Part shown: positions 30,890 through 40,179 of the stretch, piece after piece
Layout of the letters: the number at the start of each line of letters is the position of its first letter
Position numbering within the stretch: position 1 is the stretch's first letter
Origin: Dehalococcoidia bacterium
GTDB lineage: Bacteria > Chloroflexota > Dehalococcoidia > UBA2979
DNA: 64,000 nucleotides
Reading direction: 5' to 3'
NCBI GenBank assembly: GCA_965262725.1
Contig: OZ253555.1
Coordinates: 1,856,001 to 1,920,000 of the forward strand
Position numbers and translations under genes: made by a program
Notes under the pieces: generated by a model
The model's input: the letters and a program-made list of their open reading frames with translations, nothing else
Told to the model about the DNA's origin: nothing
The model's database searches: none

Positions 30890-31114
30890 TCACAGCCGCT
30901 CGAATTCCTCGCGAGTCAAGCCAGCCTGCCGGATGATGGCGCGCAGGAGACCCGCGCCGATCTCCCGATGGCGGGGCACAATGGTCACCCGGCGGCGGCC
31001 ACCCGTTGCCCGGCCGAACTTGACGTGACTGCCTTGTTGGCCGATCTCCGCGAACCCCGCCGCCATGAGCTTCCGCGCGACCTCGCGATAGGGAAGAGGC
31101 CTAACCGCTGGCAA
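30890..31114 (-). CDS. hicA: HicA-family toxin
   Basis: LMAAGF...QQGSHVKF...TIVPRHREIGAGLLRAIIRQAGL. Confidence 0.92.
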   Translation of the reverse strand: MPAVRPLPYREVARKLMAAGFAEIGQQGSHVKFGRATGGRRRVTIVPRHREIGAGLLRAIIRQAGLTREEFERL

Positions 31115-31307
31115 CCTCTACCTCGACCCGGTGAATTCGGGGGGGGCTCGTGGCGACGGGCGGCGTCAAGTACAGCTCTAGCGCCTCGCGCAGATTTGCC
31201 AGCGCACTGTCGACGGTCTCGCCCTGGCTGGCGACATCCACCTCCAGCGCCTGAGCGACGTACCACTCGTCTTCCTTCTGCACGCTCGCCGTGAACACCT
31301 GTCTCAC
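31101..31307 (-). CDS. hicB: HicB-family antitoxin
   Basis: WYVAQALEVDVASQGETVDSALANLREALELYL. Confidence 0.92.
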   Translation of the reverse strand: MRQVFTASVQKEDEWYVAQALEVDVASQGETVDSALANLREALELYLTPPVATSPPRIHRVEVEVASG

Positions 31308-31588
31308 CGTCGCCGCCCCGTTCCATTCCGATCCCGCAATCCGGTCCGGGTACTCTGACATGTTCGGTCGTCGGACCTGCCTCGACGGCTCCGGTGAGGC
31401 GGGCGCAGGCGCATTCCGTTCCCTTGCAGGAGTGTCACGACGCTGAGCGGCTGCGGGTTCACAGGATACTCCCAAGTACATAGCCCTGCCCATTATTGGG
31501 GGACTACATACCTTTGGCCACTCTCACGCTGACACCTAGCCGTCTACCGGTTGCCCAGGGGCGATGCCCGTTGCGACGGGTGGCTCAA

Positions 31589-33006
31589 AGTAGCGTCCCA
31601 GCAAGTGGTGTCACAGGCGGGGAGACGGTCTCCGCAGGGGGACCTACTACCGACCACGGTGCCCATGCAGGTGGACGTAAGAGACCACCGCATCATCCTT
31701 CACGAAGTTATGACGAACGTGGAGGAGGACGACGGTGGTCAGAGAGAGCGTGGACGTGTTGGAACTGCTCCGCAAGCAGGCATCGGGAGCTGACCTCGAT
31801 TTCCTGCGCGAAGCGGTGGCTGTGCTCGCCGAGGCGGTCATGGACCAGGAGGTCTCGGCGCAGGTCGGCGCCGGCTACGGCGAGCGCAGCGAGATGCGCA
31901 CCACCCGGCGCAACGGCTACAGGCAAAGACGCTGGGACACGCGGGTGGGCAGCATCGACCTGCAGATCCCGAAGCTCCGCCAGGGGTCCTACTTCCCGGC
32001 GCTGCTCGAGCCCCGGCGCCGCTCAGAGCGCGCCTTGCTAGCCGTCGTCCAGCAAGCGTACGTGGAGGGCGTCTCCACTCGCCGCGTCGACGACCTCGTG
32101 CGCTCGCTCGGCTGCGAGGGCATCTCCAAGAGCCAGGTCTCGCGTATCTGCTCGGAGCTCGACACGGTCGTCACAAGTTTCCTCGGCCGGCCCCTGGACT
32201 CCGGCCCCTACCGATACCTCTGGCTCGACGCGCTCACCCAGCGGGTGCGCGAGGAGGGCCGCATCGCCCAGGTGAGCGTCGTCGTCGCCACCGCGGTCAA
32301 CGTGGAGGGGAAGCGCGAGGTGCTGGGCATCGACGTCGGTACCAGCGAGGACGGGGCCTTCTGGCTGGCATTTCTCCGCGGCCTCGTAGCACGAGGGCTC
32401 TCCGGCGTGGAGCTGGTGACCTCCGACGCCCACCAGGGCCTGAGGGGAGCGATCGCGACCGTCTTCGGCGGCGCCTCCTGGCAGCGCTGCCGTACCCACT
32501 TCATGCGGAACCTGCTCACACGCGTGCCGAAGAGCGCCGAGGCGCTGGTGGCGACGACCGTGCGCACCATCTACCAGCAGCCCTCGGCCTCCGAGGTGCA
32601 CGCCCAGCACACGCGGGTCGTGGAGCAGCTCGGTGCGCGCTTCCCGCAGGCCGCGGCAATGCTCGCCGACGCCGCGGAGGAGATCCTGGCGTTCACGGCC
32701 TTCCCGGTGGCGCACTGGCGGCAGATCTGGTCGAACAACCCCCAGGAGCGGCTCAACAAGGAGATCCGCCGGCGCACCAACGTGGTCGGCATCTTCCCCA
32801 ACCGCTCAGCGGTCATCCGGCTCATCGGTGCGGTGCTCTCCGAGCAGCACGACGAGTGGGCCGTGGGGCGGCGCTACATGACGATGATGACGCTGCTCTC
32901 CCCGCCGGGGAGTGAGCTCACGTCAGGCAAGGAGGTGCTGCTGCAGGCTGCCGGCTAACAAATGATAAGGATGATGCGCAGTGACACCACTTGCCGGGAC
33001 GTGACC
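31589..33006 (+). mobile_element. IS256-family element (no TSD)
   Basis: 26-bp imperfect IRs containing GCAAGTGGTGTCAC / GTGACACCACTTGC; flanks do not match. Confidence 0.9.
31735..32958 (+). CDS. IS256-family transposase
   Basis: IPKLRQGSYFP, YLWLDA, VTSDAHQGL, WQRCRTHF, NNPQERLNKEIRRRT. Confidence 0.96.
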   Translation: MVRESVDVLELLRKQASGADLDFLREAVAVLAEAVMDQEVSAQVGAGYGERSEMRTTRRNGYRQRRWDTRVGSIDLQIPKLRQGSYFPALLEPRRRSERALLAVVQQAYVEGVSTRRVDDLVRSLGCEGISKSQVSRICSELDTVVTSFLGRPLDSGPYRYLWLDALTQRVREEGRIAQVSVVVATAVNVEGKREVLGIDVGTSEDGAFWLAFLRGLVARGLSGVELVTSDAHQGLRGAIATVFGGASWQRCRTHFMRNLLTRVPKSAEALVATTVRTIYQQPSASEVHAQHTRVVEQLGARFPQAAAMLADAAEEILAFTAFPVAHWRQIWSNNPQERLNKEIRRRTNVVGIFPNRSAVIRLIGAVLSEQHDEWAVGRRYMTMMTLLSPPGSELTSGKEVLLQAAG

Positions 33007-33102
33007 GACACCACTCGTATCGGTACCAACAACCACAACAGGGGCTGCGGATGGGAGGCGCGATTGGTAGACGGCGCAGAGGGGCCGAGGTCCCCGTGCT
33101 CG

Positions 33103-34266
33103 TCACTTCGCAATCAGATGGTCGAGCGCAGCCGCCGCCGCGCTCTGCTGGCCACTCAGGAGATGCCCGTACACATCCATGGTGAACGCCGCGGAGCCGT
33201 GGCCGAGCCGCCGTGAGACCGTCAGCAGGTCGACGCCGGCCTTGATCCACTGACTCGCCGCCGTGTGGCGCAGCGAGTGAAAGTTGACCGTACCGGGATC
33301 GTCGATCCCGCTCGAACGGAGCAGGCGGCGAAAGCCGGTATAGAAGGCCTGCCGGTACTGGAACCGGCCGGATCCGTCGGGGAACACGAGATCGTGATCC
33401 TGCCAGGCGGCACCCAGCCGAAGCCGCACGGCGTTCTGTTCGGCGCGATGCTGACGCAGCAGGGCGACGGTTGCTCCCGAGAGTTCGATGGTGCGACGGG
33501 AATTGCGCGTCTTCGGGGGCAGCAAGCGGAACTCACCGCCGACGCTCTGGAGTGTCTGCCGCACGAGAAAGCTCGCGCGTTCCAGGTCGATCGATGCCCA
33601 CCTCGCACCGAGCAACTCCGCCTGCCGCGCGCCGGTGGCGAGCGCGAAGCGTAGCGGGACGTCGTAGTCCGTGTCCTGGACGGCCCCGAGCAGCTTCGCG
33701 ATCTCGCTCTCATCCAGCGCGCGGCGTTCGCGCATTTTCCCCGCCAGCGACGGGCTCGGTACAGCGGAGGCCGGGTTGCGGACAAGCAGCTGCCCGGCGA
33801 CGGCGGCCCCGAGAGCCTGGCGGAGCAGACCCAGTATCTTCCTGACTGTCGCGGGCGCTCGTGACTTCGACAGGCCATCCTTCAGGTCGAGAATGTGGTC
33901 GGGACGGAGTTCCTGGAGGCGCAGGCTTCCGATTGCGGGAGCGAGGTGGAGCCTGACGATCGTGCGGTAGTTCTCGGCAACGCGCGGGCCGATCGCCTGA
34001 TCGACCGTGCGCCGTTCGAGCCACAGCGCCAGCCACTCGCCGACCGTGATCTGGCTCGGGTCCACGCCGCCGTGATCGCGCTCGCCCAGCGCCTCTCGGA
34101 GTGCGCGCTGCGCGTCGCGCTTGGTGCCCTCGACCGAAAACCGGCGGCGCCGTCGCCTGCCGGTGCCAGCATCGCGCGGCAGCTCGACGGTGACCCGCCA
34201 GCTGCCCCTGGAGCGCTGCTCAATCGACCCGAGCCGTAGTCGCGCCTGGCCATCAGTCGCCTCCAC
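33103..34266 (-). CDS. Tyrosine integrase
   Basis: GSIEQR arm-binding N-terminus; TGARQAEL, PKT, FHSLRHTAAS, RRLGH, TMDVYGH. Confidence 0.96.
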   Translation of the reverse strand: MEATDGQARLRLGSIEQRSRGSWRVTVELPRDAGTGRRRRRRFSVEGTKRDAQRALREALGERDHGGVDPSQITVGEWLALWLERRTVDQAIGPRVAENYRTIVRLHLAPAIGSLRLQELRPDHILDLKDGLSKSRAPATVRKILGLLRQALGAAVAGQLLVRNPASAVPSPSLAGKMRERRALDESEIAKLLGAVQDTDYDVPLRFALATGARQAELLGARWASIDLERASFLVRQTLQSVGGEFRLLPPKTRNSRRTIELSGATVALLRQHRAEQNAVRLRLGAAWQDHDLVFPDGSGRFQYRQAFYTGFRRLLRSSGIDDPGTVNFHSLRHTAASQWIKAGVDLLTVSRRLGHGSAAFTMDVYGHLLSGQQSAAAAALDHLIAK

Positions 34267-34344
34267 GGTCTCGCGTTCGGGCGCTCCCGCGACTTGACGC
34301 GGCCTCTCCGCCCCGACTGCTCCCGGCCGTCCGGATTCATCCTA

Positions 34345-34554
34345 TCAGAACTGTTGTGCTGTTACGGGTCGCTCGGGCTTCGCGGCCGACTTCTCCAGCC
34401 AGTCGTCGAGCTCCCTCCTCGGTATCCGGATCACCCTGCCGAGCCTCACGGCCGGCAGCTCTCCGCGCGCCACCAGCTCGTAGGCGAGATTGCGCGAGAT
34501 TCGGAGCAGCCTCGCGGTCTCGGGGACGGTCAGCAGCATTGGGCTATCGTTCAT
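34345..34554 (-). CDS. Excisionase-like HTH protein
   Basis: LLTVPETARLLRISRNLAYELVARGELPAVRLGRVIRIPR; immediately upstream of the integrase. Confidence 0.92.
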   Translation of the reverse strand: MNDSPMLLTVPETARLLRISRNLAYELVARGELPAVRLGRVIRIPRRELDDWLEKSAAKPERPVTAQQF

Positions 34555-34627
34555 CCGTCACCTCCGGCGAGCGATCCCGCGCGGTGCGCGGAACCGATCT
34601 GGGCCATCCGGCCTTCCCTGAATTGGT

Positions 34628-36580
34628 TCACGCGCCGGCCCCATCGCGAGACCCGCCGGTGAACCGCCACGTAGGGGACCTGAAAGTGTCTTGTTCGCCT
34701 TGCAGATCGACCCCCCTTCTGTCCGCTGAGTCCGTCACAGTCACTGGTCGCCGCGTCCGACTGATCGCCAGCCCCGGCGATCGCCTGCGCCGCTCTGGTG
34801 CGTTGGCCGGCCGCGCCGACCGAGCACCCATGTGTCGTCCCTGGCACTCGGTTCGCCATTCCGTGGTCGTGAGCACGCCGGCCTGCCCCGCCCACTCTCT
34901 CGCGGCCCGCCCGACCCGTGCCTCGGCGTGGTGGTCGCTGCAGACGAAGAGCAACGCGGGCTCGCTCGGGAAGTGGTCTTCCCACGCCGCGGCGGCGTAG
35001 TAGCGCCGGTACCCCTCGAACTTCGCGCGGTAGTCGCCCGAGTCGAGCGTCCCGCGGTCGTACTCGAGGAGGAACGGCCGCGACTCCGCGCCGCGCACGA
35101 GCACGCCGGACGCATCCGGACGGATCCAGGCGATCCGCCCGTCCTCCGCCACGAAGCGATGCGTCGACTCCGCCTCGTTTCGCCATTCCGCGAGGCGCCA
35201 GCCCGCGGCCCTGGCATCGAGGGCCAGGCGAGCGGCGAAGCGGTTCACGCCGAGCGTGTGCTCGCGGTGCCGGACCACCCGCGCGCGGTCTGGCTGCTGC
35301 GCGGAGACGAAGGTCACTCCCCCGTGCCGCGCGTAGATGGCCGGAGGGACGCCGGCCCGAGCGGCGATCGACCGCATCCCCAGTTCCGTCAGCAGGTAGC
35401 GGGGCTCGTCGACGCCGCTTTTCTGGCGGGCTTCTGCTCTCCCCGGCGGTTCGGCGTCGGCATCGATCGCGCCGCAGCGCGTGATCCACTCCAAGCGGCG
35501 CCCGATCAGTCCTCCCGGTTCGCCCGTGAGGGCCGCGAGCTCGGCGGCGCTCAGTAGCGGGTGCCGCGCCACCCATTCGATCAGGATCTTCTCGGCCGCG
35601 CTTGTCGCGAGCGCGAGGCCGGCAAGACGTTGCCGGTCCGGCCCCACCCTCCCGCTCGTCGCCTGATCGAACGCACGCCTGCCATACGATGTTCCGGCGC
35701 GGCGGGTCGGCGGCCGGCAGTCGTCGAGCGCCCGCGCGATCCAGACCGCGTCCACGACCGGCGCCTCCCCCCACCCGAGCTGCTCGACGAGCGGCGCCGG
35801 CGCGCGGCCCGGTCGCCACCACCGCGCTTCGTCCGCGGCGGCCGCGTGCAGCTCCTCGCGGGTGGTGAAGAGCAGGTCCGGAGACCCGGGCCCTACGCCG
35901 TCCCGCTTCGCCAGCGCGTCCTCCCACACCCGCCACTCCCGGGCGGAGGGGCAGATCACGAGCACGGGCGGGAGTCCTTCGGTACCCCAGAGCCGGTCGA
36001 CACGGGCGCTCTCCGCGAACCACCCGGCCAGCCTCCTGCGGCGATGGACGTCCGGCGCCGCCGCGCGGTCCCACGCCACGAGGAACGGCGCGTGGATCGG
36101 ACCCGAGCGGAGGCAGCCGTAGCCCTCCGTGTCCGGGAGCCACCAGCGCTCGGCCGGAGGCAGGGCGAGCGGGAGCGACCGCGCGTCGGCGAGCTCGGCG
36201 ATACCGGAGCTCTCGAGATCGTCGGCGAGGTCGGCCAGGAAGCGATTTACGCAGGCGGTGATCTCCAGGCGGGCCACGCGCCTCGAGAGATCGCGCGGGC
36301 GGACCGGGACGGCGCCGGCGAGCGAGGCGAGATCCCGTCCGCACGCGGCCGCCAGGGCCGGCACCGCCTCGTCCCGCAGGACGGCGAGTCGCCGCGGTTC
36401 CAGCTCCGGCGAGGCGGCCGCGACGGTCTCGACCCACCCCTGCGCGGAGAGCAGGTGGATGAGCCGGCGGGCGTCGGACTCGTCCACGCCGAGCAGCCCG
36501 GCCAGTTCCGGCTCGCCGCAGAGGGGGAGCCGTGCGATCCACTCCAGGGACCGCGCGAGACGCGCCGCTTCATCGCGCAT
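34628..36580 (-). CDS. Replication-relaxation (Replic_Relax) family relaxase with tandem domains
   Basis: C-terminal HTLGVNRF...IRPDASG...FLLEYDRGT...KFEGY; degenerate N-terminal copy; follows the T4CP. Confidence 0.82.
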   Translation of the reverse strand: MRDEAARLARSLEWIARLPLCGEPELAGLLGVDESDARRLIHLLSAQGWVETVAAASPELEPRRLAVLRDEAVPALAAACGRDLASLAGAVPVRPRDLSRRVARLEITACVNRFLADLADDLESSGIAELADARSLPLALPPAERWWLPDTEGYGCLRSGPIHAPFLVAWDRAAAPDVHRRRRLAGWFAESARVDRLWGTEGLPPVLVICPSAREWRVWEDALAKRDGVGPGSPDLLFTTREELHAAAADEARWWRPGRAPAPLVEQLGWGEAPVVDAVWIARALDDCRPPTRRAGTSYGRRAFDQATSGRVGPDRQRLAGLALATSAAEKILIEWVARHPLLSAAELAALTGEPGGLIGRRLEWITRCGAIDADAEPPGRAEARQKSGVDEPRYLLTELGMRSIAARAGVPPAIYARHGGVTFVSAQQPDRARVVRHREHTLGVNRFAARLALDARAAGWRLAEWRNEAESTHRFVAEDGRIAWIRPDASGVLVRGAESRPFLLEYDRGTLDSGDYRAKFEGYRRYYAAAAWEDHFPSEPALLFVCSDHHAEARVGRAAREWAGQAGVLTTTEWRTECQGRHMGARSARPANAPERRRRSPGLAISRTRRPVTVTDSADRRGVDLQGEQDTFRSPTWRFTGGSRDGAGA

Positions 36581-39110
36581 GGTGGCCTCGGTGACCGTTG
36601 CCGCGGCTCGGCGGCCTCGCGGCCCTCCGACTCTCGGGCCGCTCCGCTCCGCTCGCCGACTTCGCGTCGGCGCCGCTCGTCCCGGCGGCACTCCCCGGCC
36701 CTGCCCCGGCCACCTCCTCCTGGGACTTCCGCTCCCGGCGGCCCGCTGCCTGTGACGGCGAGCGCTCCCAGAGCGCCCGCGTGATCTCCTCGACCACCTG
36801 CTCGCGCGGCCGGCCGACGCGCTCGGCGGAGCGTGCCGCGATCGCCCGGGCCCGGCCCGGGACGGTCGGTGGCGGCGGGTCGACCCGGAACGAGAAGGCA
36901 GGCGGGCGGGCGCGGCCGTCCCACCAGCGCGCATAGCAGGTGAAGTCGTCGAGCGAGACGAGGTCGGGGACCTCGATCCCGCCGCCCAGCTCCGGCGTCA
37001 GCCGGCGGGCGTCTTCGGCGCTGACCCCGAAGACGGTGAGGCCGTCGGAGTTGGCGAAGATCGTCGGGGCGAGGTTGCGGTCGATGGCGTCGAGCTTGGC
37101 GAGCGACTGCGTCACCAGCACGAAGCTCGCGCCGTACTTGCCGAGCTCGGAGAGCATGCGCGTGTAGTCGACGGCGCCGAGCGTGCTCGACTCGTCGATG
37201 AGCCCGATCACCTTCCGCCGGCGCTCAGGCGGCAGCGCCACCTGCTCCTCGATCAGGAGGCCGAGCAGGTTGAGCAGCGTCGCGCCGACGAGCGAGGCGG
37301 CGCCCTCGCCGAGCGCGCCGACGGCGGTGTTCACGACGAGCACGCCGCCGTCGCGCACGATCCCGCGCGGATCGAAGGTGGAGCGCGCCTGCCCGAAGAC
37401 CAGGCGCGAGGCCTCGGTGACGGTGAAACGGCCGATCTTCGAGGTGACGGGGTTCGCGGTCTGCTGCTGCAGCACGCGACCCGCGCGGTCGTAGTTGTCG
37501 CGCCACCAGGCGCGCACCGCCGGGTCCTGCACCTGGTCGAGCACGCGCTCGCGCAGCTCCCGGTCGGTGAGCATCGGCGCGACGTCGAGCAGCGTGAACT
37601 GCGCCTCGCGCTCGTAGTGGCGGTTCGCGTCGAGCAGCGCCAGCAACGAGGCCCGCAGGGCGCCCTCCATGCGCGGCCCCCAGTTCGCCGGCCAGAGGCG
37701 GTTCATCATCGTGACGATGTGCTCGGTCGTCCGGTCGCGGTCGGGGAAGAGCGCGGCGTCGAGCAGGTTGAGGCCGACCGGCCGCTCCAGGTTCGCGAAG
37801 TCGAGGTAGGTCGTGCGGTCCTCGAGGCCCGGCGGCACGGCGTCCAGCACCGCCTCGGCGAGGTCCTGGTGGGGGTCGACCACCACCAGCGCCGTCCCGT
37901 CCGATCCCCCGGCTGCCCCCTCCATCACCCGGGCGGCGAGGTGCCTGAGCAGCGTCGACTTGCCGCGCCGCGTCTTCGCGACGATGAGCTGGTTCCGGTG
38001 CAGGAGCGGCGCGGGCAGGTGGACGGGAGCGCCCGTGCCCTCCGCATCGGAGGCGCCGACGCGCGCGCCGCGCGCCGCGTGACCGGGCGCCGGCGGAAGC
38101 CGCTGCGCCGTGGTGCGGCGGATCCCGGCCGGGCCCCCCGCCTGGTCGGGCAAGTGCCAGAGCCCGGCGAGCTCGGCGGTGTTCAGGAGCAGCGGCAGCT
38201 TCCGGTCCGGCGTGCGGCGAGGCGGGCGCGGAGCCGCGGGGCGCAGGCCCCCGCCCGCTGAGTCGTAGGCGCCGTAGGCCCCCGCGGTCTCGGTCGCGAG
38301 CAGGCGCAGGCGATCGGGATCCGAGCCCCGCCCGCCGATCGCGTGGACCTCGAGCCGCGCCGCGACCAGGGGGGAGGCCAGCTTCTGCTCCACCACCCTC
38401 GGCGGCAGCGGTTCGGGGGAGCGCAGCATGCGCATGGCGATCGCCCCGGCGAGTGGCAGGCCGACGAAGACGCAGGCACCGCCGGCGACCAGCAGCGGCC
38501 ACTCCCCATCGAGGTACCACTGCCGTCCCTGCAGGCCCGCCGCGGCAATCGCGAGCGCCCCGACGAGCGGGACCGGGCTCGGGCCCGGGTCGCCGGCGGG
38601 CTCGCGCCGCGGCGCTCCGGCGGGCGCCGCGCGGCGGTGGAGGCGGCCGGCCGCCCCGGCCGGCGCGGGACCGAGCGTGAGCCGGCAGACGACCCGCTCG
38701 TCGCCCCGCGGCGCCGCCCGGGCCAGCACGCCGGTCAGCGGGGAGGGCTCGTTCCGCCAGTCGCTGCGGAGCGAGAGGATGTCCCCGCTGGACGGCCGCA
38801 GCCCGACCACGACGGCCTGCTCCGGCCCGAGCACCCGGACCGGGTCGAGATCGTCTCGATCCGGCGGGATCAGCTCGGCCCGGGCCTGCGGGTAGGCCGC
38901 GCGCAGCTGCGCGAGCGCCCGCTCGAGGCCCGTTTCGGTGGCGGAGCGCACGTACCAGCGCGGGCCGGTGTGGCCCGTCGTGATCTCGAGCGAGATCGAC
39001 TCGCCGGCCAGCGCGCCGAACATGCCGCGCGCTGAGGCGATGCTCGCCTCGAGATCCCGGGGCGCGACGACCTCTGCCAGGTACGAGAGTTCAGTACGTG
39101 ATCGCGACAT
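36570..39110 (-). CDS. Type IV coupling protein (VirD4/TraD-like)
   Basis: Two TM helices, AKTRRGKST, VVVDPHQDL, GLNLLD, LIDES, ELGKYG...TQSLAKL. Confidence 0.88.
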   Translation of the reverse strand: MSRSRTELSYLAEVVAPRDLEASIASARGMFGALAGESISLEITTGHTGPRWYVRSATETGLERALAQLRAAYPQARAELIPPDRDDLDPVRVLGPEQAVVVGLRPSSGDILSLRSDWRNEPSPLTGVLARAAPRGDERVVCRLTLGPAPAGAAGRLHRRAAPAGAPRREPAGDPGPSPVPLVGALAIAAAGLQGRQWYLDGEWPLLVAGGACVFVGLPLAGAIAMRMLRSPEPLPPRVVEQKLASPLVAARLEVHAIGGRGSDPDRLRLLATETAGAYGAYDSAGGGLRPAAPRPPRRTPDRKLPLLLNTAELAGLWHLPDQAGGPAGIRRTTAQRLPPAPGHAARGARVGASDAEGTGAPVHLPAPLLHRNQLIVAKTRRGKSTLLRHLAARVMEGAAGGSDGTALVVVDPHQDLAEAVLDAVPPGLEDRTTYLDFANLERPVGLNLLDAALFPDRDRTTEHIVTMMNRLWPANWGPRMEGALRASLLALLDANRHYEREAQFTLLDVAPMLTDRELRERVLDQVQDPAVRAWWRDNYDRAGRVLQQQTANPVTSKIGRFTVTEASRLVFGQARSTFDPRGIVRDGGVLVVNTAVGALGEGAASLVGATLLNLLGLLIEEQVALPPERRRKVIGLIDESSTLGAVDYTRMLSELGKYGASFVLVTQSLAKLDAIDRNLAPTIFANSDGLTVFGVSAEDARRLTPELGGGIEVPDLVSLDDFTCYARWWDGRARPPAFSFRVDPPPPTVPGRARAIAARSAERVGRPREQVVEEITRALWERSPSQAAGRRERKSQEEVAGAGPGSAAGTSGADAKSASGAERPESRRAARPPSRGNGHRGHHAR

Positions 39111-40179
39111 CCGCTTCCCTCCTCCCTGCATCGAGCAGCCGGAAGAAGGCGTCGCGCCCTCCCGGCCGTGCGCCCAGCTCGCTCACGTCCTTGACGCCCG
39201 CGGGCAGCTCGAGGACCTCCGCTCGCCCTCCGAGCTCGGCGGCGAGCCGCTGCGCGGCGTCGCGACCGGCCTCGTCTGAGTCCATCACGAGCACGACCGA
39301 GCGCGCGCGTTCGAGCAGCCGCAGCACGCCGCGGCCGGGCTGCGTCCCGAGCAGCGCGCACGCCGGCAGCCCCCAGCCCGTGAGCGTCAGCCAGTCGAAC
39401 GGCCCCTCGGTGAGGAAGAGGCGTCGCCTGCCGCGCTCGTAGCCGAGCAAGGGCTTCGGGAGCGAGAGCCCGCGGTACTTCGGACCTCCGCCGCCGTCCG
39501 GCGCGCGGCCGACCATCCAGCCGCAGTGGGCGCCTCGCAGCTCCGGGATCACGATGCGGCCGCTCATCGCCTCGTCGCCGGAGGCGAACAGCAGGCCGAG
39601 CTCCCCGGCGCGCTTCAGGCTGAGCCGGCGGCGCTTCAGGTAGGGCACGAGCCTCTTGCCGTCGCTGGTGCCGAGCCGGCAGCGCTTCGCGACCCAGGGC
39701 TGAACCCCCCGCTCATCCAGGTAGCGCAGCGCCGCGGGCGTCTCGAGCAGCGTCTCGTGGTAGAGCTCGCAGGCCGCCGTGAGGATCAGCCGGTCGTCGA
39801 GCGACAGCACCGGGGCCTGCTCGGTCTTCTCCGGCACGCGGGCCCGCACCGGGGGCGGTGGCGCGTGGGCGGCGGTCCCGATCGAACTGCCACCGGAACC
39901 GCCGCCAACGGCTCCGCCTCCGAGCCGCAGAACGGCCTCGCGGAAGCCCAGGCCCTCGGTGCGGCGGATGAAGTCGATCACGTCGCCCGAGGCGCCGCAG
40001 CCGAAGCAGTGGAAGGACTCCGTCTCGGGATAGACGCAGAGGCTCGGGGTCCGGTCCTCGTGGAACGGGCAGCGCCCCGTCAGTCGCCTCCCCTGCCCGC
40101 GCAGCTCGACCCCGTGGCGCCGGACGATGTCGGCGAGCGGGTTGCGGCGCTTCAGCTGATCGATGTCGATGTGGCTCAT
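39091..40179 (-). CDS. DNA primase (CHC2 zinc finger + TOPRIM)
   Basis: CPFHEDRTPS, FHCFGCGASGDVI, LTEGPFD, MDSDEAG, KDVSE. Confidence 0.93.
   Translation of the reverse strand: MSHIDIDQLKRRNPLADIVRRHGVELRGQGRRLTGRCPFHEDRTPSLCVYPETESFHCFGCGASGDVIDFIRRTEGLGFREAVLRLGGGAVGGGSGGSSIGTAAHAPPPPVRARVPEKTEQAPVLSLDDRLILTAACELYHETLLETPAALRYLDERGVQPWVAKRCRLGTSDGKRLVPYLKRRRLSLKRAGELGLLFASGDEAMSGRIVIPELRGAHCGWMVGRAPDGGGGPKYRGLSLPKPLLGYERGRRRLFLTEGPFDWLTLTGWGLPACALLGTQPGRGVLRLLERARSVVLVMDSDEAGRDAAQRLAAELGGRAEVLELPAGVKDVSELGARPGGRDAFFRLLDAGRREADVAITY

Noticed and set aside
33047-33100. GCGGATG...ATTGGTAGACGGCGC resembles the 5' half of tRNA-Leu
   Set aside because: No T-loop (GTTCRA), anticodon arm or acceptor stem can be built.
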